Virus record (IMG/VR): IMGVR_UViG_3300034073_001486
Location: 1 to 59,356 of that record
Strand: one strand, 5' to 3'
DNA length: 59,356 nt
Source: a virus
Lineage: Duplodnaviria > Caudoviricetes
The notes beneath the pieces are model-generated. The model had not been told where the DNA came from and did not search any database. It worked only from the letters and a program-made list of their open reading frames with translations. The position numbers were made by a program, and so were the translations under genes. Numbering within the stretch: the first letter of the stretch is position 1; every line of letters starts with the position of its first letter. Below are positions 36,621-46,600 of the stretch, one piece after another.

Positions 36621-37247
36621 CTAGTCGAACGTCTTGTTAAACATCTTCCGCCAGTCGGGAATGAAGATGCGGCATCGCTCTTCGTTCCAGCGGCAGAACG
36701 CTGTCAATTCGGCAATCGGGTACTCGGGCTTGGCCTTGGCCAGCCGGTGGAGATGCCACACATAAGTGCCCATCTCGGCACAGTACCGATCCGATTCTTG
36801 TCTGGTGGGGATGCCCAGCTCGCGGCGGGTCAGGGAGCCGTGGGTGTAGGCCACCCACTCATCAACGAGCATGAGCGGCTGGGCCTGCCAATACTCGCTC
36901 TCGCCCTGCTGCCGGTAGGTCTCGTAGATCCGGCCCCGCTCGGACTGGGGCACAGCGGCGAACACTCGGGCCGTCAGGATCGGCGGGGTCGGCAGGATGA
37001 TCCGCAGCCCGTTGCCGGCGTACACGGCGTGCCCGCCCTTGTGCCATTTGGACAGGAAGTGCGAGCCCTCATGGGCGTAGGTGATCAGGTCGGCGTCCCG
37101 GGCCGGGGTGGCCATGGGCAGGCGGCCGGCGATGTCGGACAGAGTTGGCGGGAACTCTGCCGGCGGCGACCACAGCTTTGCTACGTACTCCAGCTCGGCG
37201 GCGCCAACCGCGGCCTCCCCGAATAGTAGCAGCAGTTCCGCGATCAT
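36621..37247 (-). CDS. Gluzincin-like metallopeptidase
   Basis: YAHEGSH (HExxH) and downstream DEWVAY. Confidence 0.6.
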   Translation of the reverse strand: MIAELLLLFGEAAVGAAELEYVAKLWSPPAEFPPTLSDIAGRLPMATPARDADLITYAHEGSHFLSKWHKGGHAVYAGNGLRIILPTPPILTARVFAAVPQSERGRIYETYRQQGESEYWQAQPLMLVDEWVAYTHGSLTRRELGIPTRQESDRYCAEMGTYVWHLHRLAKAKPEYPIAELTAFCRWNEERCRIFIPDWRKMFNKTFD

Positions 37248-37279
37248 GGCACATCCTTGCGCGGCGTCATTGTATCACA

Positions 37280-37525
37280 TTACTTCCCCGGTCTCAACCG
37301 CTTCCGCTCGGCATCCAGCTCCTCTGGATGCGGGATGGAGTACATGGGATTCCCCATGACCCTCACCTCAGAGCTGTCGACATGCGCTACGCCACCCGTG
37401 TCAAACTGGTGAACCACCCAGACGGTGTTGATGCTCGGCCCGTAGTCGATCAGGAACAGGGCGTGCCCCTCCCCGAGCGGCGTGGTCACCAACAGCGGCG
37501 GATCAATCTGTAACATTCCCGTCAT
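37280..37525 (-). CDS. Conserved hypothetical phage protein
   Basis: TPLGEGHALFLIDYG...WVV; GGAGG RBS. Confidence 0.65.
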   Translation of the reverse strand: MTGMLQIDPPLLVTTPLGEGHALFLIDYGPSINTVWVVHQFDTGGVAHVDSSEVRVMGNPMYSIPHPEELDAERKRLRPGK

Positions 37526-37658
37526 GGGAGTCCTCCAGGCGGCGCCGCAGCATGGATATCTCGGCGCTCGCCGCCTCACAGATGCGGGCGTAGTCGTCGA
37601 TGATCTTCCGGAGCCGGGCGATCTCGTCGGCCGGATTGTCTTGTGGCTCGTTCATCAT
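37503..37658 (-). CDS. Small coiled-coil protein (ADEIARLR)
   Basis: ATGA coupling. Confidence 0.55.
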   Translation of the reverse strand: MMNEPQDNPADEIARLRKIIDDYARICEAASAEISMLRRRLEDSHDGNVTD

Positions 37659-37801
37659 TTCGTTGCCATCATCCACATGCCCACATTTGCAGCAGCGTAT
37701 GCCCAATATGTAATCAGCATCGGAATGTTACCTTTGAAGCCTTGCTCAATCGCCACATAGGCGTAGATCAGGCCGGTCACAATGATCAGGTGGCCGCTCA
37801 T
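37655..37801 (-). CDS. Small two-TM membrane protein
   Basis: GGAGGG RBS; hydrophobic 48 aa. Confidence 0.6.
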   Translation of the reverse strand: MSGHLIIVTGLIYAYVAIEQGFKGNIPMLITYWAYAAANVGMWMMATK

Positions 37802-37881
37802 AGACTTCCCTCCCACAATAGGATCGCAGCCATGATCACGCACCACACACACGTCAGGAAACCGGCCTCGTCAGTCACGCT

Positions 37882-38514
37882 TCACCCCATGTGCTTTCTA
37901 GCTTTTGGCGGAGCCTTCGCAGCTCTACCTCCAGCATCTGGATTTGTTTTCGCAACGTATCGTTCTCGCTCTTCAGTCGCTCCGCCTCCGGAGACGAAGC
38001 CGTCTGTGTTTCCATCTACCAAGTCCAAGTAATGTTGCGGGTATAACAATTGTATTAACTGACCGGCCGGTCGCAGGGCAGACTTCGGAGCGACCAGTAC
38101 CGGAACCTCATGCCCCCTGCCACGGTCAAACGTAACGCTCTCCGTCCATTTCTCGTCGCGATCAAGAACAGTGAGCCAGACCCACGCCTTCGTCGGCTTC
38201 GACCGATAGATGTAAATGAGGTTGGTGTAGGACTCCATCCCCATTCCACGGAGATCATCGACGAAGACAGTCTCGTACGGGTAGCTGTCAGGGTCTGTGA
38301 ACGAGAGTGATCGTTCCTTAATCTCAATGGCAAATAGCCCGACAGCATCAGGGGTCTCAACATGTCCGGTTTTCCTGCAATGGTTCTTGACAACAATCTT
38401 TCGTCCATGGCCGACAGATGCGCCGGCGAGCCGCAGTTCTTCGACTACAGCCCGCTCGGCGTTCTGTCCGGACTTAAGGGCTGATTGAAATGAACGTGCC
38501 AACGCGACCTCCAT
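37882..38514 (-). CDS. PD-(D/E)xK nuclease-like protein
   Basis: GQNAER...TPDA...IEIKER; start uncertain. Confidence 0.6.
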   Translation of the reverse strand: MEVALARSFQSALKSGQNAERAVVEELRLAGASVGHGRKIVVKNHCRKTGHVETPDAVGLFAIEIKERSLSFTDPDSYPYETVFVDDLRGMGMESYTNLIYIYRSKPTKAWVWLTVLDRDEKWTESVTFDRGRGHEVPVLVAPKSALRPAGQLIQLLYPQHYLDLVDGNTDGFVSGGGATEERERYVAKTNPDAGGRAAKAPPKARKHMG

Positions 38515-38992
38515 GAAAGTAAAACTGCGGCGGCGTCCATGCCTCGGGCCCAGGGAACGGGCGCTCCTCCTGCTCCCGGATGGCCTTGCACCGCTCGCGG
38601 ATCTCCTCGGGAGTCGGATCATCCGGCTCCCATTCATCTGCCACCCAGGCCACGTCGGCCGGGATGAATTCGTTCCTAGCGATTTCGTCTCCGTACTTAC
38701 GCACGTTGGTGGCCCAGCCTGTCGGCCGGTTGAACCAGCGGGCGATGTCCTCGTCACTCAGGTCTGGTGCCTGCATGACGATCAGGGCCAACCGCTCTGG
38801 GCTCGGCACCCCGCCAAACGTGCTGAGTATTCGCGCCACCGATGCCACTTGCCGGCGGGTGAACCCAAGCGACTGGGCCACCCTCTTTGGGATTTCTCCG
38901 TTGACCAGCACCCGGCGATGAATCTCTTCGGCCAAGACCAAAGCACTTCCGCACATAGTTCCAACAGCCTCGGAACCATCCAACTGTCTCAT
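38474..38992 (-). CDS. Putative HTH DNA-binding protein
   Basis: PKRVAQSLGFTRRQV and SDEDIARWFNR helical motifs; GGAGG RBS. Confidence 0.55.
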   Translation of the reverse strand: MRQLDGSEAVGTMCGSALVLAEEIHRRVLVNGEIPKRVAQSLGFTRRQVASVARILSTFGGVPSPERLALIVMQAPDLSDEDIARWFNRPTGWATNVRKYGDEIARNEFIPADVAWVADEWEPDDPTPEEIRERCKAIREQEERPFPGPEAWTPPQFYFHGGRVGTFISISP

Positions 38993-39107
38993 GTGTGTCC
39001 TCCTCCGTGTGTTCCCTTGGCGGGAATGCGTGTTCCACATCAAACCTCCACAACACCTCCTGCACGGTCTCGGCCGTCAGGAGATCAGCCTGCTCTTGTT
39101 CGTTCAT
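38754..39107 (-). CDS. Hypothetical protein with long run-on into the next gene
   Basis: GAGGAG RBS before MNEQEQ. Confidence 0.4.
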   Translation of the reverse strand: MNEQEQADLLTAETVQEVLWRFDVEHAFPPREHTEEDTHETVGWFRGCWNYVRKCFGLGRRDSSPGAGQRRNPKEGGPVAWVHPPASGIGGANTQHVWRGAEPRAVGPDRHAGTRPE

Positions 39108-40122
39108 GTCTCCTCGCCAGCTCCTTTCTGAACAGATCCCGAATCCACGGCGTGCCAACGCTCTCCGACCCCCAACGCAGATAGCCGAATGGAAGCTCGC
39201 TCATTTTCTTGCCGGCGTACTTGCCGCGCAGAGGATTCATGTACGTGCCGACCGGACGGCGACCACGGAATGTCACATCGACCTCACGCCCGGACACCGA
39301 GCCCGTGGCTCGGCCAATGGTCTGCTTTCGCATCTCCTCCAGGGCCTTGGCGGTTGCGACTTTCTCGGCCTCCTTGGCGGCAAGCTCGGCCAACTCCTCG
39401 GGAGTCAGCGGCCGGTTCTCCTGCCGAGCCTTAAGCATCACCTCACGCTTCACGGCTGGCTCCATCTGGACGAACATGTCCACCGATGTAACAAGCGTGT
39501 GTTCCTGCGAGGCGGGGGTACAGTCGACGATTTTGAAGTGCGGCTTGGCACTGGCCAGCCGAGCGGCTCGGCGGGTTTCGATAGTCGACCCGGAGAAGTC
39601 GACCACGCCCGGGAGAGGCCGAGCCGCTCGGCCCCAGCACTGGAGAGCGAACGCCCGCGAACGAGTGGGCCTCGCCATGATCAGCGTTTGGGTCGGCGGA
39701 AAATCAAATCCAATAGCACAGACGGCCACGTTACAAAGCACCTTCGCCTCGCCAGCCTTGAACGCCCGCAGATTCTCGCGCCGCTCCTCCTCGTCTTGTT
39801 TGCCGTACACGTAGGTCGCCGGGATGCCGTAATTGTTTGTGAGGTAGTGGGCGTACGCCTTCGCCCCGTCGACGCTCGCTGCGAATAGCACGGTTGGCCC
39901 TTCCATCTTCTCGGTTGTGATCACGCACACCCGGTGCTTGGTGGCCTCTTTGTTCAGTTCCATCTGAAGTTGCTTGGTCACAAAGTCGCCGCCCTTCACA
40001 TCGACACCGCTGATGTCCATCGAATCGACGCGGGCTAGTTCACAAACAGGGGGCACGGCCCACTCGTTGTCGATGGCCCAGGCAAGGTCGAATCCTCCGA
40101 CGAATCGTTCGTAGAACTGCAT
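39085..40122 (-). CDS. SF2 helicase, C-terminal half (motifs IV-VI)
   Basis: TVLFAASV, NVAVCAIGFDFP, QCWGRAAR; C-terminal GKYAG...GYLRW. Confidence 0.85.
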   Translation of the reverse strand: MQFYERFVGGFDLAWAIDNEWAVPPVCELARVDSMDISGVDVKGGDFVTKQLQMELNKEATKHRVCVITTEKMEGPTVLFAASVDGAKAYAHYLTNNYGIPATYVYGKQDEEERRENLRAFKAGEAKVLCNVAVCAIGFDFPPTQTLIMARPTRSRAFALQCWGRAARPLPGVVDFSGSTIETRRAARLASAKPHFKIVDCTPASQEHTLVTSVDMFVQMEPAVKREVMLKARQENRPLTPEELAELAAKEAEKVATAKALEEMRKQTIGRATGSVSGREVDVTFRGRRPVGTYMNPLRGKYAGKKMSELPFGYLRWGSESVGTPWIRDLFRKELARRHERTRAG

Positions 40123-40628
40123 GCTCCCTCCTGCATCATCGCCTTGCCGTCCATCCGAAACGGCGTGGCGGTAAACCCGGCGACCATGGCGCCGTTGTCT
40201 TGAAACCACTGGAGCATCGTCACCACTTGGGGGCTGCACATAGTGTGCGCCTCGTCAACGATCACCAGTTGAAAGTCTTTGAACTTGGTATAGCGGGGCT
40301 TACCGCCACGGCGAGATAGCAGCGTCTGCTTGCTGGCGACTACGATCTTCGGAGAGAACCAGTCATCCTCCTCGCAATGGAAGTCAGCCATCTCCAGGGC
40401 GGGGTCCAGCTCTGTGACCTCGCGCACCTTCTCGGCCGCCTGCCAGACAAGCTCACGCAGCGGGCAGATAATCAATGTACGGCCGTCAATCCGGTCGGCC
40501 AGCGTGCAGAAGATCACGGTCTTCCCGGCGCCGGTGAACAGGCCGTTGAGTGTCGCCTTTACGCCAGCCTGCATGGCGGCGAGGTTCTCTTCGACGACCT
40601 GCGATTGATAGTCTCTGAGTACAACCAT
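40035..40628 (-). CDS. SF2 helicase, N-terminal half (Q motif, motifs I-III)
   Basis: LRDYQ, TGAGKT, DEAH, TATP. Confidence 0.85.
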   Translation of the reverse strand: MVVLRDYQSQVVEENLAAMQAGVKATLNGLFTGAGKTVIFCTLADRIDGRTLIICPLRELVWQAAEKVREVTELDPALEMADFHCEEDDWFSPKIVVASKQTLLSRRGGKPRYTKFKDFQLVIVDEAHTMCSPQVVTMLQWFQDNGAMVAGFTATPFRMDGKAMMQEGACSSTNDSSEDSTLPGPSTTSGPCPLFVN

Positions 40629-40644
40629 GTAACGTCCGTGTGTA

Positions 40645-40687
40645 AAAGAAACCCCCGGGGGGCGCGGAGGGATACCCCCCGGGGGTC
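40645..40687 (-). terminator. Intrinsic terminator after ssb
   Basis: ACCCCCGGGGGG...CCCCCCGGGGGT followed by TTCTTTT. Confidence 0.7.
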
Positions 40688-40701
40688 GGCGCGCACGTCG
40701 C

Positions 40702-41052
40702 CTAGAAACTCGCGAAATCCATCTCAGGCTCAGATTCTTCTGCCCGAGCCTTTTTCCCGCCGAGCAGTTGGAGCTGCCGAACTTGCAGAACCATCTTGCT
40801 CTTTGGGTTGCCCTCTTTGTCCGTCCAGGACTGTTGCTCCAACTCGCCCTCAACGAGGACGCTCTGGCCCTTGGTCAGGAACGGGAGGACACCCCCGATC
40901 CGCCAATGGTCACAGTCAATGAACAGCACCTTGTCCTTGCGACCGTTGATCGCCACGCTGTAGCGGCCGACCTCGGTCTCACCCACCATCCGCGACTCGG
41001 CGTCCCGGGTGATGTTGCCCACGGCGATGAACTTGTTGAATCCTGCGCTCAT
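40702..41052 (-). CDS. ssb: Single-stranded DNA-binding protein
   Basis: NK...VGNITRD, KG..VLVEGEL...W; acidic tail ending in F. Confidence 0.9.
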   Translation of the reverse strand: MSAGFNKFIAVGNITRDAESRMVGETEVGRYSVAINGRKDKVLFIDCDHWRIGGVLPFLTKGQSVLVEGELEQQSWTDKEGNPKSKMVLQVRQLQLLGGKKARAEESEPEMDFASF

Positions 41053-41705
41053 GCTTCAACCTCCTGCTTCTTGTTCCAGACCCGATCAAACTCACTCTTC
41101 ACCCGGCGATACACCTCGCTGGGAATTTTCTTCTCACGGGCCCGCAGTTCGACGAGAGCCAAGTGCTTGGCCGCTTCGTCCTTGCTGCCCGCCTCGGCCA
41201 CGGCCTTCTTCGCCCCAGCCTCGTACTGCATGTGCTGGGCGTTGCCCTGCTGCACCTGAGCCGCCTGGGCCTTCGGTGTCGCAGAACTCACATCGTTACC
41301 GTCGTCATCGACCTCGCCCGTGAAGCCCCCGGTGAGGGCCATGAGCAGGGTCCGCTTGGCGTAGGTCATCGCAGCCCCGTAGGACTGCATGTCGCCCTTT
41401 GGCATGATCAGTGGCGCTACGCCGCTGATCCATTGACCGGACACATGACGCAGCGTCCCGACAACCACCCACTGGCCATTGACCATGCCCGACCGGAAGT
41501 CCGGAAGGGCGATGCCGTGGCTGGTAAGCGGGCCCCGAAGGGTTGCACAGCACTGGGCGTAGCTGGCGAACTTCGACCGGAAGTGCGGATTGCTGGAGTC
41601 ATACTCCACCACTGCGTACTCCGACTGGGCCTTCGCCAACGCCGCCGTCAACAAATCCGTACTCGGGGAACTACTCGGCCCAAGAATGAAATGACTGTCT
41701 GTCAT
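41049..41705 (-). CDS. erf: ERF-family single-strand annealing protein
   Basis: ALAKAQ, NPHFRSKFA, HVSGQW, QSYGAAMTYAKR, DDDGN. Confidence 0.88.
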   Translation of the reverse strand: MTDSHFILGPSSSPSTDLLTAALAKAQSEYAVVEYDSSNPHFRSKFASYAQCCATLRGPLTSHGIALPDFRSGMVNGQWVVVGTLRHVSGQWISGVAPLIMPKGDMQSYGAAMTYAKRTLLMALTGGFTGEVDDDGNDVSSATPKAQAAQVQQGNAQHMQYEAGAKKAVAEAGSKDEAAKHLALVELRAREKKIPSEVYRRVKSEFDRVWNKKQEVEA

Positions 41706-42553
41706 AGAACCACCTCCTCCTCCTGCTTGCGTGCCCACTGCGGGATGGACAGCTCCGTGATTTCTCCGTGGTCAGCCGGCATGTACTCGCCGGTCAACCG
41801 CCGCAAACGGATCAACTCCAACGTCCGGTCAAGTTGTTTGCCAGCCTCCTCAACAACGTCCAGTGGCAGCCAGAAGGTATGGCAGTCGTATGGCGGGACA
41901 GAGTGGACGAAGACGAACGGCATCCTGTGCCAGTCCAGCCCCACGGCCATGGCACCTCGCACGTATAGCGCCTCTTGCATGGCGTAGCCGTAGTCAAAGA
42001 TGCTGCGATACAACACATCCCAGTTGGCCGAGCTGGTCTTTAAGTCCCACCAGTAGGTCGGCGTGCAGCCGTCTGGCCTGACACGCACTGGATGCCTGTT
42101 GGTCTCAAAGAACACGGACACCTGCGTCTCGGTGGTCTCTTCCACACACTTGCGTGCGGCAGGGCAGGCCAGCAGGTTCTCTGCCATGGTGGCCAGCTTG
42201 AACCGATACTCCTCGTTGCACGGGATCTGGCCGGCGGCAGCCACCTGCTCCTGCCACTCCTTGTAGGCGTTCCCAGCCCGCCTGCCGTCCTTGCCCAGCA
42301 CCGAGTCCGGGGCCACGGCGAGGACTGACTCAACGTCCCGCCCCTCGCACACCTTCATCATCAGCTCGTCAAAGTCCGAGCCCAGGCTGGTGGCACTGTT
42401 TCCGGCAAACAGGCTGTGCCCGTCGTCCATGAACTTCTGTGCAGCACCGCCGTAGCGGTAGACCGACCAGATGAACGACCGTGAGTCAAAATCGTTCTGA
42501 GCGTGGTAGTCGGCGTTGGGCATGCCGACTACCTTCTTTGGCAAACTATCCAT
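41702..42553 (-). CDS. PD-(D/E)xK exonuclease (RecE/DUF3799-like)
   Basis: NADYH, RVRPDG, WDLKT, YGYAMQEALY. Confidence 0.85.
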   Translation of the reverse strand: MDSLPKKVVGMPNADYHAQNDFDSRSFIWSVYRYGGAAQKFMDDGHSLFAGNSATSLGSDFDELMMKVCEGRDVESVLAVAPDSVLGKDGRRAGNAYKEWQEQVAAAGQIPCNEEYRFKLATMAENLLACPAARKCVEETTETQVSVFFETNRHPVRVRPDGCTPTYWWDLKTSSANWDVLYRSIFDYGYAMQEALYVRGAMAVGLDWHRMPFVFVHSVPPYDCHTFWLPLDVVEEAGKQLDRTLELIRLRRLTGEYMPADHGEITELSIPQWARKQEEEVVL

Positions 42554-42557
42554 GCGT

Positions 42558-42803
42558 TCAGTCCTCCGTGTGAAAAGCCCCCTCCGTGGGGCAGCTACCG
42601 TCCGTTGGTCGAAGAGCGATCTCAGCCAACTGTCCGAGCAGGCCGGAGATCAGGGCGCACAGGGGCCACCGCAGAAAGACGAAGCACCCAAAGACCGTCA
42701 CCCAGACGATCCGGATAATTGGCCAAGCCAGCCCAGAGGGGGCAGACGCTTCCCTATCCAATTGAGCTAGGGGTGCGTTGGTTGGATTGTAGCAGTTTTT
42801 CAT
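42558..42803 (-). CDS. Possible small membrane protein overlapping the tRNA remnant
   Basis: Hydrophobic IIRIVWVTVFGCFVFL; the N-terminus reads through the tRNA-like sequence. Confidence 0.35.
   Translation of the reverse strand: MKNCYNPTNAPLAQLDREASAPSGLAWPIIRIVWVTVFGCFVFLRWPLCALISGLLGQLAEIALRPTDGSCPTEGAFHTED
42741..42776 (-). other. tRNA-Arg-like 5' fragment (candidate attP)
   Basis: GCACCCCTAGCTCAATTGGATAG(GGA)AGCGTCTGCC; no T arm or 3' acceptor strand. Confidence 0.55.
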
Positions 42804-42863
42804 GGCTGTCCAACCGTGCCGATCCCCGCTGGAGCGTGGCTGACTCACCGAAGAGGGGCCACC

Positions 42864-43691
42864 ATGAAGATGACAGAACTTGCCAAACGGTACGCCAACC
42901 GCGTAGGGGCCGCACCCAGCTACCTGGAGCAGCTCTTGGTGCTGACCAAGCGGCTGGACTGGCAGGCCGAGGATATGACTCCCGACCTGATCGACGCCTA
43001 CTTGACCGAGTCCCTTCGACACTTGGCCTCCTCCACTGTCGACAACCACCGCCGCATGCTGCGTTCGCTACTCGCCTTCGCGGCCGAGGAGCGTTTGGTG
43101 GCCAAGAGTATACTCCGTCCTTTGAGGCGTGTCAAGCGAAATCCGCCGAGCCCGCGCGCTTGGAGTCATGCCGAGATCATCAAACTCCTTGAGGCGTGCG
43201 ATGGGCTGCCGGGCCGCACGCTTAAATGCGCGCTGGCTACGTTGATGCCCGCGTGGATACTGGCCGCCTACTCCACCGGCCTGCGATTGAACGACCTGCT
43301 TGCGATCCGGCATGACGACCTCCGTGGCAATCGGATGATGATCCGCCAACAGAAAACCAGCGAGCCGCACATTGTCTTCTTGGATGACAACGCACTCGCC
43401 GCAATCCGCAAACTCCCCGCGTGCGGGCCACGCATCTTCGGGGACTTGGTCGGCAGGTCACGCATCTTAGTGGCGATGCGGAAACTGGTCAAGCGTGCAG
43501 GTCTGAACGGCAGTACAAAGTATTTGAGACGCAGCGGAGCGACTTACTGTGAGGTCCATGGAATTGATGCCAGTCATCACCTCGGGCATTTGTCGCCCGG
43601 GATGAAAAAGTTCTATGTCGACAGGCTCTTGCTGGCCGAGGAGAGGCCGCCACAGCCCGTGGTTCCGCCGATCCCGCTTAGAGCTGGTTGA
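42864..43691 (+). CDS. int: Tyrosine recombinase / integrase
   Basis: STGLR, QQKT, YLRR, LGH and FY catalytic pattern. Confidence 0.85.
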   Translation: MKMTELAKRYANRVGAAPSYLEQLLVLTKRLDWQAEDMTPDLIDAYLTESLRHLASSTVDNHRRMLRSLLAFAAEERLVAKSILRPLRRVKRNPPSPRAWSHAEIIKLLEACDGLPGRTLKCALATLMPAWILAAYSTGLRLNDLLAIRHDDLRGNRMMIRQQKTSEPHIVFLDDNALAAIRKLPACGPRIFGDLVGRSRILVAMRKLVKRAGLNGSTKYLRRSGATYCEVHGIDASHHLGHLSPGMKKFYVDRLLLAEERPPQPVVPPIPLRAG

Positions 43692-46600
43692 CCACGCCCA
43701 GCACCTGGAGCGGGTCTAGGGCGGCTTCCTGCTTCTTCCGCTCGCGCGCCCGCTTGGCGGCATCGGCCTGGATAACGCGGTACAACAGGTACATCTGCCT
43801 TTGCTCCTCTGGCATCTGCCGAAGAACATCCTCTGGCACCGTGATGTTTTCGTATGTTCTGACGCCGGGTGTTGTCTGAAGCATATCGTTCAGCATCTGG
43901 CGGGCGGCCTGCTGCCGCGTTCGCTCTATGTCAATGTCGCGAATCTTTGCTCCGGCAAGAAGATTGAAGGCCAGCTTGGCCATCTTGTCTTGCGTAGTCA
44001 GGCGATCATCCGTCGCTGTGCGATAGACGCCCAGTGCGCGTGAGCCAAACGGAACGACGTTCATTACGGCCTGCTCTAGCGGCCTGCCGTAATCGCCCAG
44101 GTCTCGCTCCAGCACGGAATAGGTGTCCGACAAATCCCGCCCCGAATACAACTGGCGATTGGTCACGTACTCCAGCGGCGCCTTGAGGAGTGGGTTCGTC
44201 TGTCCGAGCAAGTTGCTGCCGGTGTCTCGCAGCGTGTGGCCAAGCGCCGCTAGAGTTGTGGACCCAGTCCCCGGAGACAGAAGATTGAAGAACGATTCCC
44301 ACGGCAAATCGATGCTGGTGAGATACCGCCGCAGCTCCGGGTTGCCGCTGCCCCATTCATCTGGAAGCGGTATGGCGGAACTCTGTCGCAAGTACGGCGG
44401 CGTGAAATTGTCCTCAGACGGCTCAGAGCCCCGCGTGACCGCGCGTATGGACTGGTTCTGAAACCCGCCAGGGCGGCGGATCAAGTTTGTGGTAATGCTT
44501 GGGACGATGCCTTTCTGGAAGCTGTAAAACGGCACCAGCCGCTTGAGGAAGTCGCGCTCTATGGCGCTGTACGCCTGTGGCGAATAGTCCACGTTCACGG
44601 TGCGAGTGACATCGCCGGCAACGCCGGGGTCGATACCGCGCCTGACCTGATTAAGGAATGTCTGCAATCGCAGGGTGTCTTCAGTAGTGCGGTTGACGAT
44701 GTCGTTCAGAACCAGGAGCGGGTTGGTGTTCTCTGGTAGCGGATTGGAGAACACGCCTACTCCACGCAGTCCGAAGAAGTCGCCGAGGAAGTCCCTCCAC
44801 GTTCTGTCTTGGTTGTAGAAGGCCCGCCGAACGGCGCCCTCCGGTCCTTGACCAAGCACAAGCGATGGCGCCGACTGCTCCGGCAGGCCGGACTGTATGT
44901 CGTCGACGGTAGACTGCCCGACCTTCTGCGCCGCTGCTTCTTGCAGAAGACGCCGTGCCCTCTCCTCGTCCGACGCAAGGTTTGCGTACCCGGGCGTGTT
45001 TCTCAGCCGCCGGCCCAGTGCGGCCCGGTTGCCGCGAGCCCCGCGAAACGCAGCCAGAAAATCAAGCGGATTGAAGGCGTCGCTTGCAATCGCATTGACC
45101 ACGCCTCCGTAAATGTTGCGAGTTGTGTAGCCAGGATAGGCCAGGGCCCCAACCTTAAAAGCGTTGGTAATGTTGTCAACGCCGCGAACAAGGCCGCGTG
45201 AAACATTGTCCAGTCTCGTCTGTGGGGCGAGTGTCGAAAGCGCATTGAGAAATCGTTCATTGACGGAGAAATTGGTGACATCGCTTCCGACTCGCCGTTG
45301 CCACATTTGCTGGAAGTTGTCTGGGTCAAAACCCAGTCGCTCGGCTGCCTGTGCGAGCCCGATGTTGACGCCGCCTGCGACATTGGCGGCCGGCGTATTG
45401 TCTGCACGCCTAATGAGCTGCTCAATCAGTTCGCCAGCATTAGCCTGCACTCTAGCCTGACCGCGACCGTAGCGGAGCATGTTTGCCCACGCATTGGTGT
45501 CGTACAGCCCAGTGCCAGTTTGCGCAAACTGCGTGTCGGCAGTGCGCAAAAGGTCAGCATAATCCAAGTAGTTCTGCCGCACTTGGCCCTGCGCCGCGCC
45601 CAGCATCTGCTGCTGGGCCGCAGGGGTTGCCGACGCAAACGCCGGACTATTCATCACGTCGTCGATGATGTACTGATATGGCTGTGGCGTGCCAGCGGCA
45701 GCAAACGCACGCTCCATCAAAAGTGCGGTCGCGTCATCGCTCGGCGAACGGATGAGCGACTGCTGCAACGCCTGCGAGTCAACGGCGTTTTGCGCCTGCC
45801 CAGTGGACACAAGCCGCTCAAACTCATCCGGTGCCGTACCGCTCAGTGTACGCGCTGTTCGTTGAGGGAACGGTATGTCAGTGTACGACCGCCGACTTCG
45901 ACCGAAGTTGTCGCCGGTCGCCAGCAGACGCTCGCCCATGCCGTACGGGTTGTATTGACGCGGGCCGCCTCCGGGAATTTCGGGAGGAGCATCACGCTGG
46001 AATCGCTTGAGCTGACGGGCAACCCAGCCGGTGTTTGCGGCTTGACTGGACCATGTTGGGTCTGGAAGTCCGAGGGCCACAGCATCGGCCGCTGACCGCA
46101 ATCCAATATCATCAAATGTTTCGATCAGCCGGCTGTATTCTGGAACTCGCTCAAAGAGCTGATCGTAATACTGGTTGCCGCTAGAGCGTGGAAGCATTGG
46201 TCCGACGCCACCAGGAGGCACCGCCTGCGACTCTATGTAGTCTGCGGCAGCCTGCATGAGCCGCGAGTCTTCCATGCGCGGGAACGGCATGGCGGGGCCG
46301 TACTGTCCGGCGGGGAGCTGGGCGGATGGCGGCAGGCTGCGGATGCTGTCCTCAACTTCGAACATCTCTCGCAGGAAATCCGACTCCAGCTCTCTGGCGG
46401 TGTTGCGGGCCCGGCGGTTGGCAAGCTGCACGTCGCCGGTCAGCTCCAGGTCGTTGCTGACAGTTCCAAGTCCACCGGCTCGCGAGTCGAAAATAGCGTC
46501 AAGCCCTCGGACGGCTTGGCCGATCCCAGGCGCATAACGCATTGCGCGTCCAGCGCTGTCCAGAAACCGAGCCGCCGCATCCCCCGCAGCGCCGCCGGAG

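Noticed and set aside
29441-42553. Alternative genetic code suggested by many run-on gene overlaps
   Set aside because: All three stop codons end genes normally and long genes are uninterrupted; high GC explains the run-ons
42700-42776. Intact tRNA-Arg gene
   Set aside because: No anticodon loop, T arm or 3' acceptor strand; only the 5' fragment is present
42864-43691. Protelomerase acting on the TCGCGA palindromes
   Set aside because: The protein is short and integrase-like and lies far from the palindromes; no supporting motif
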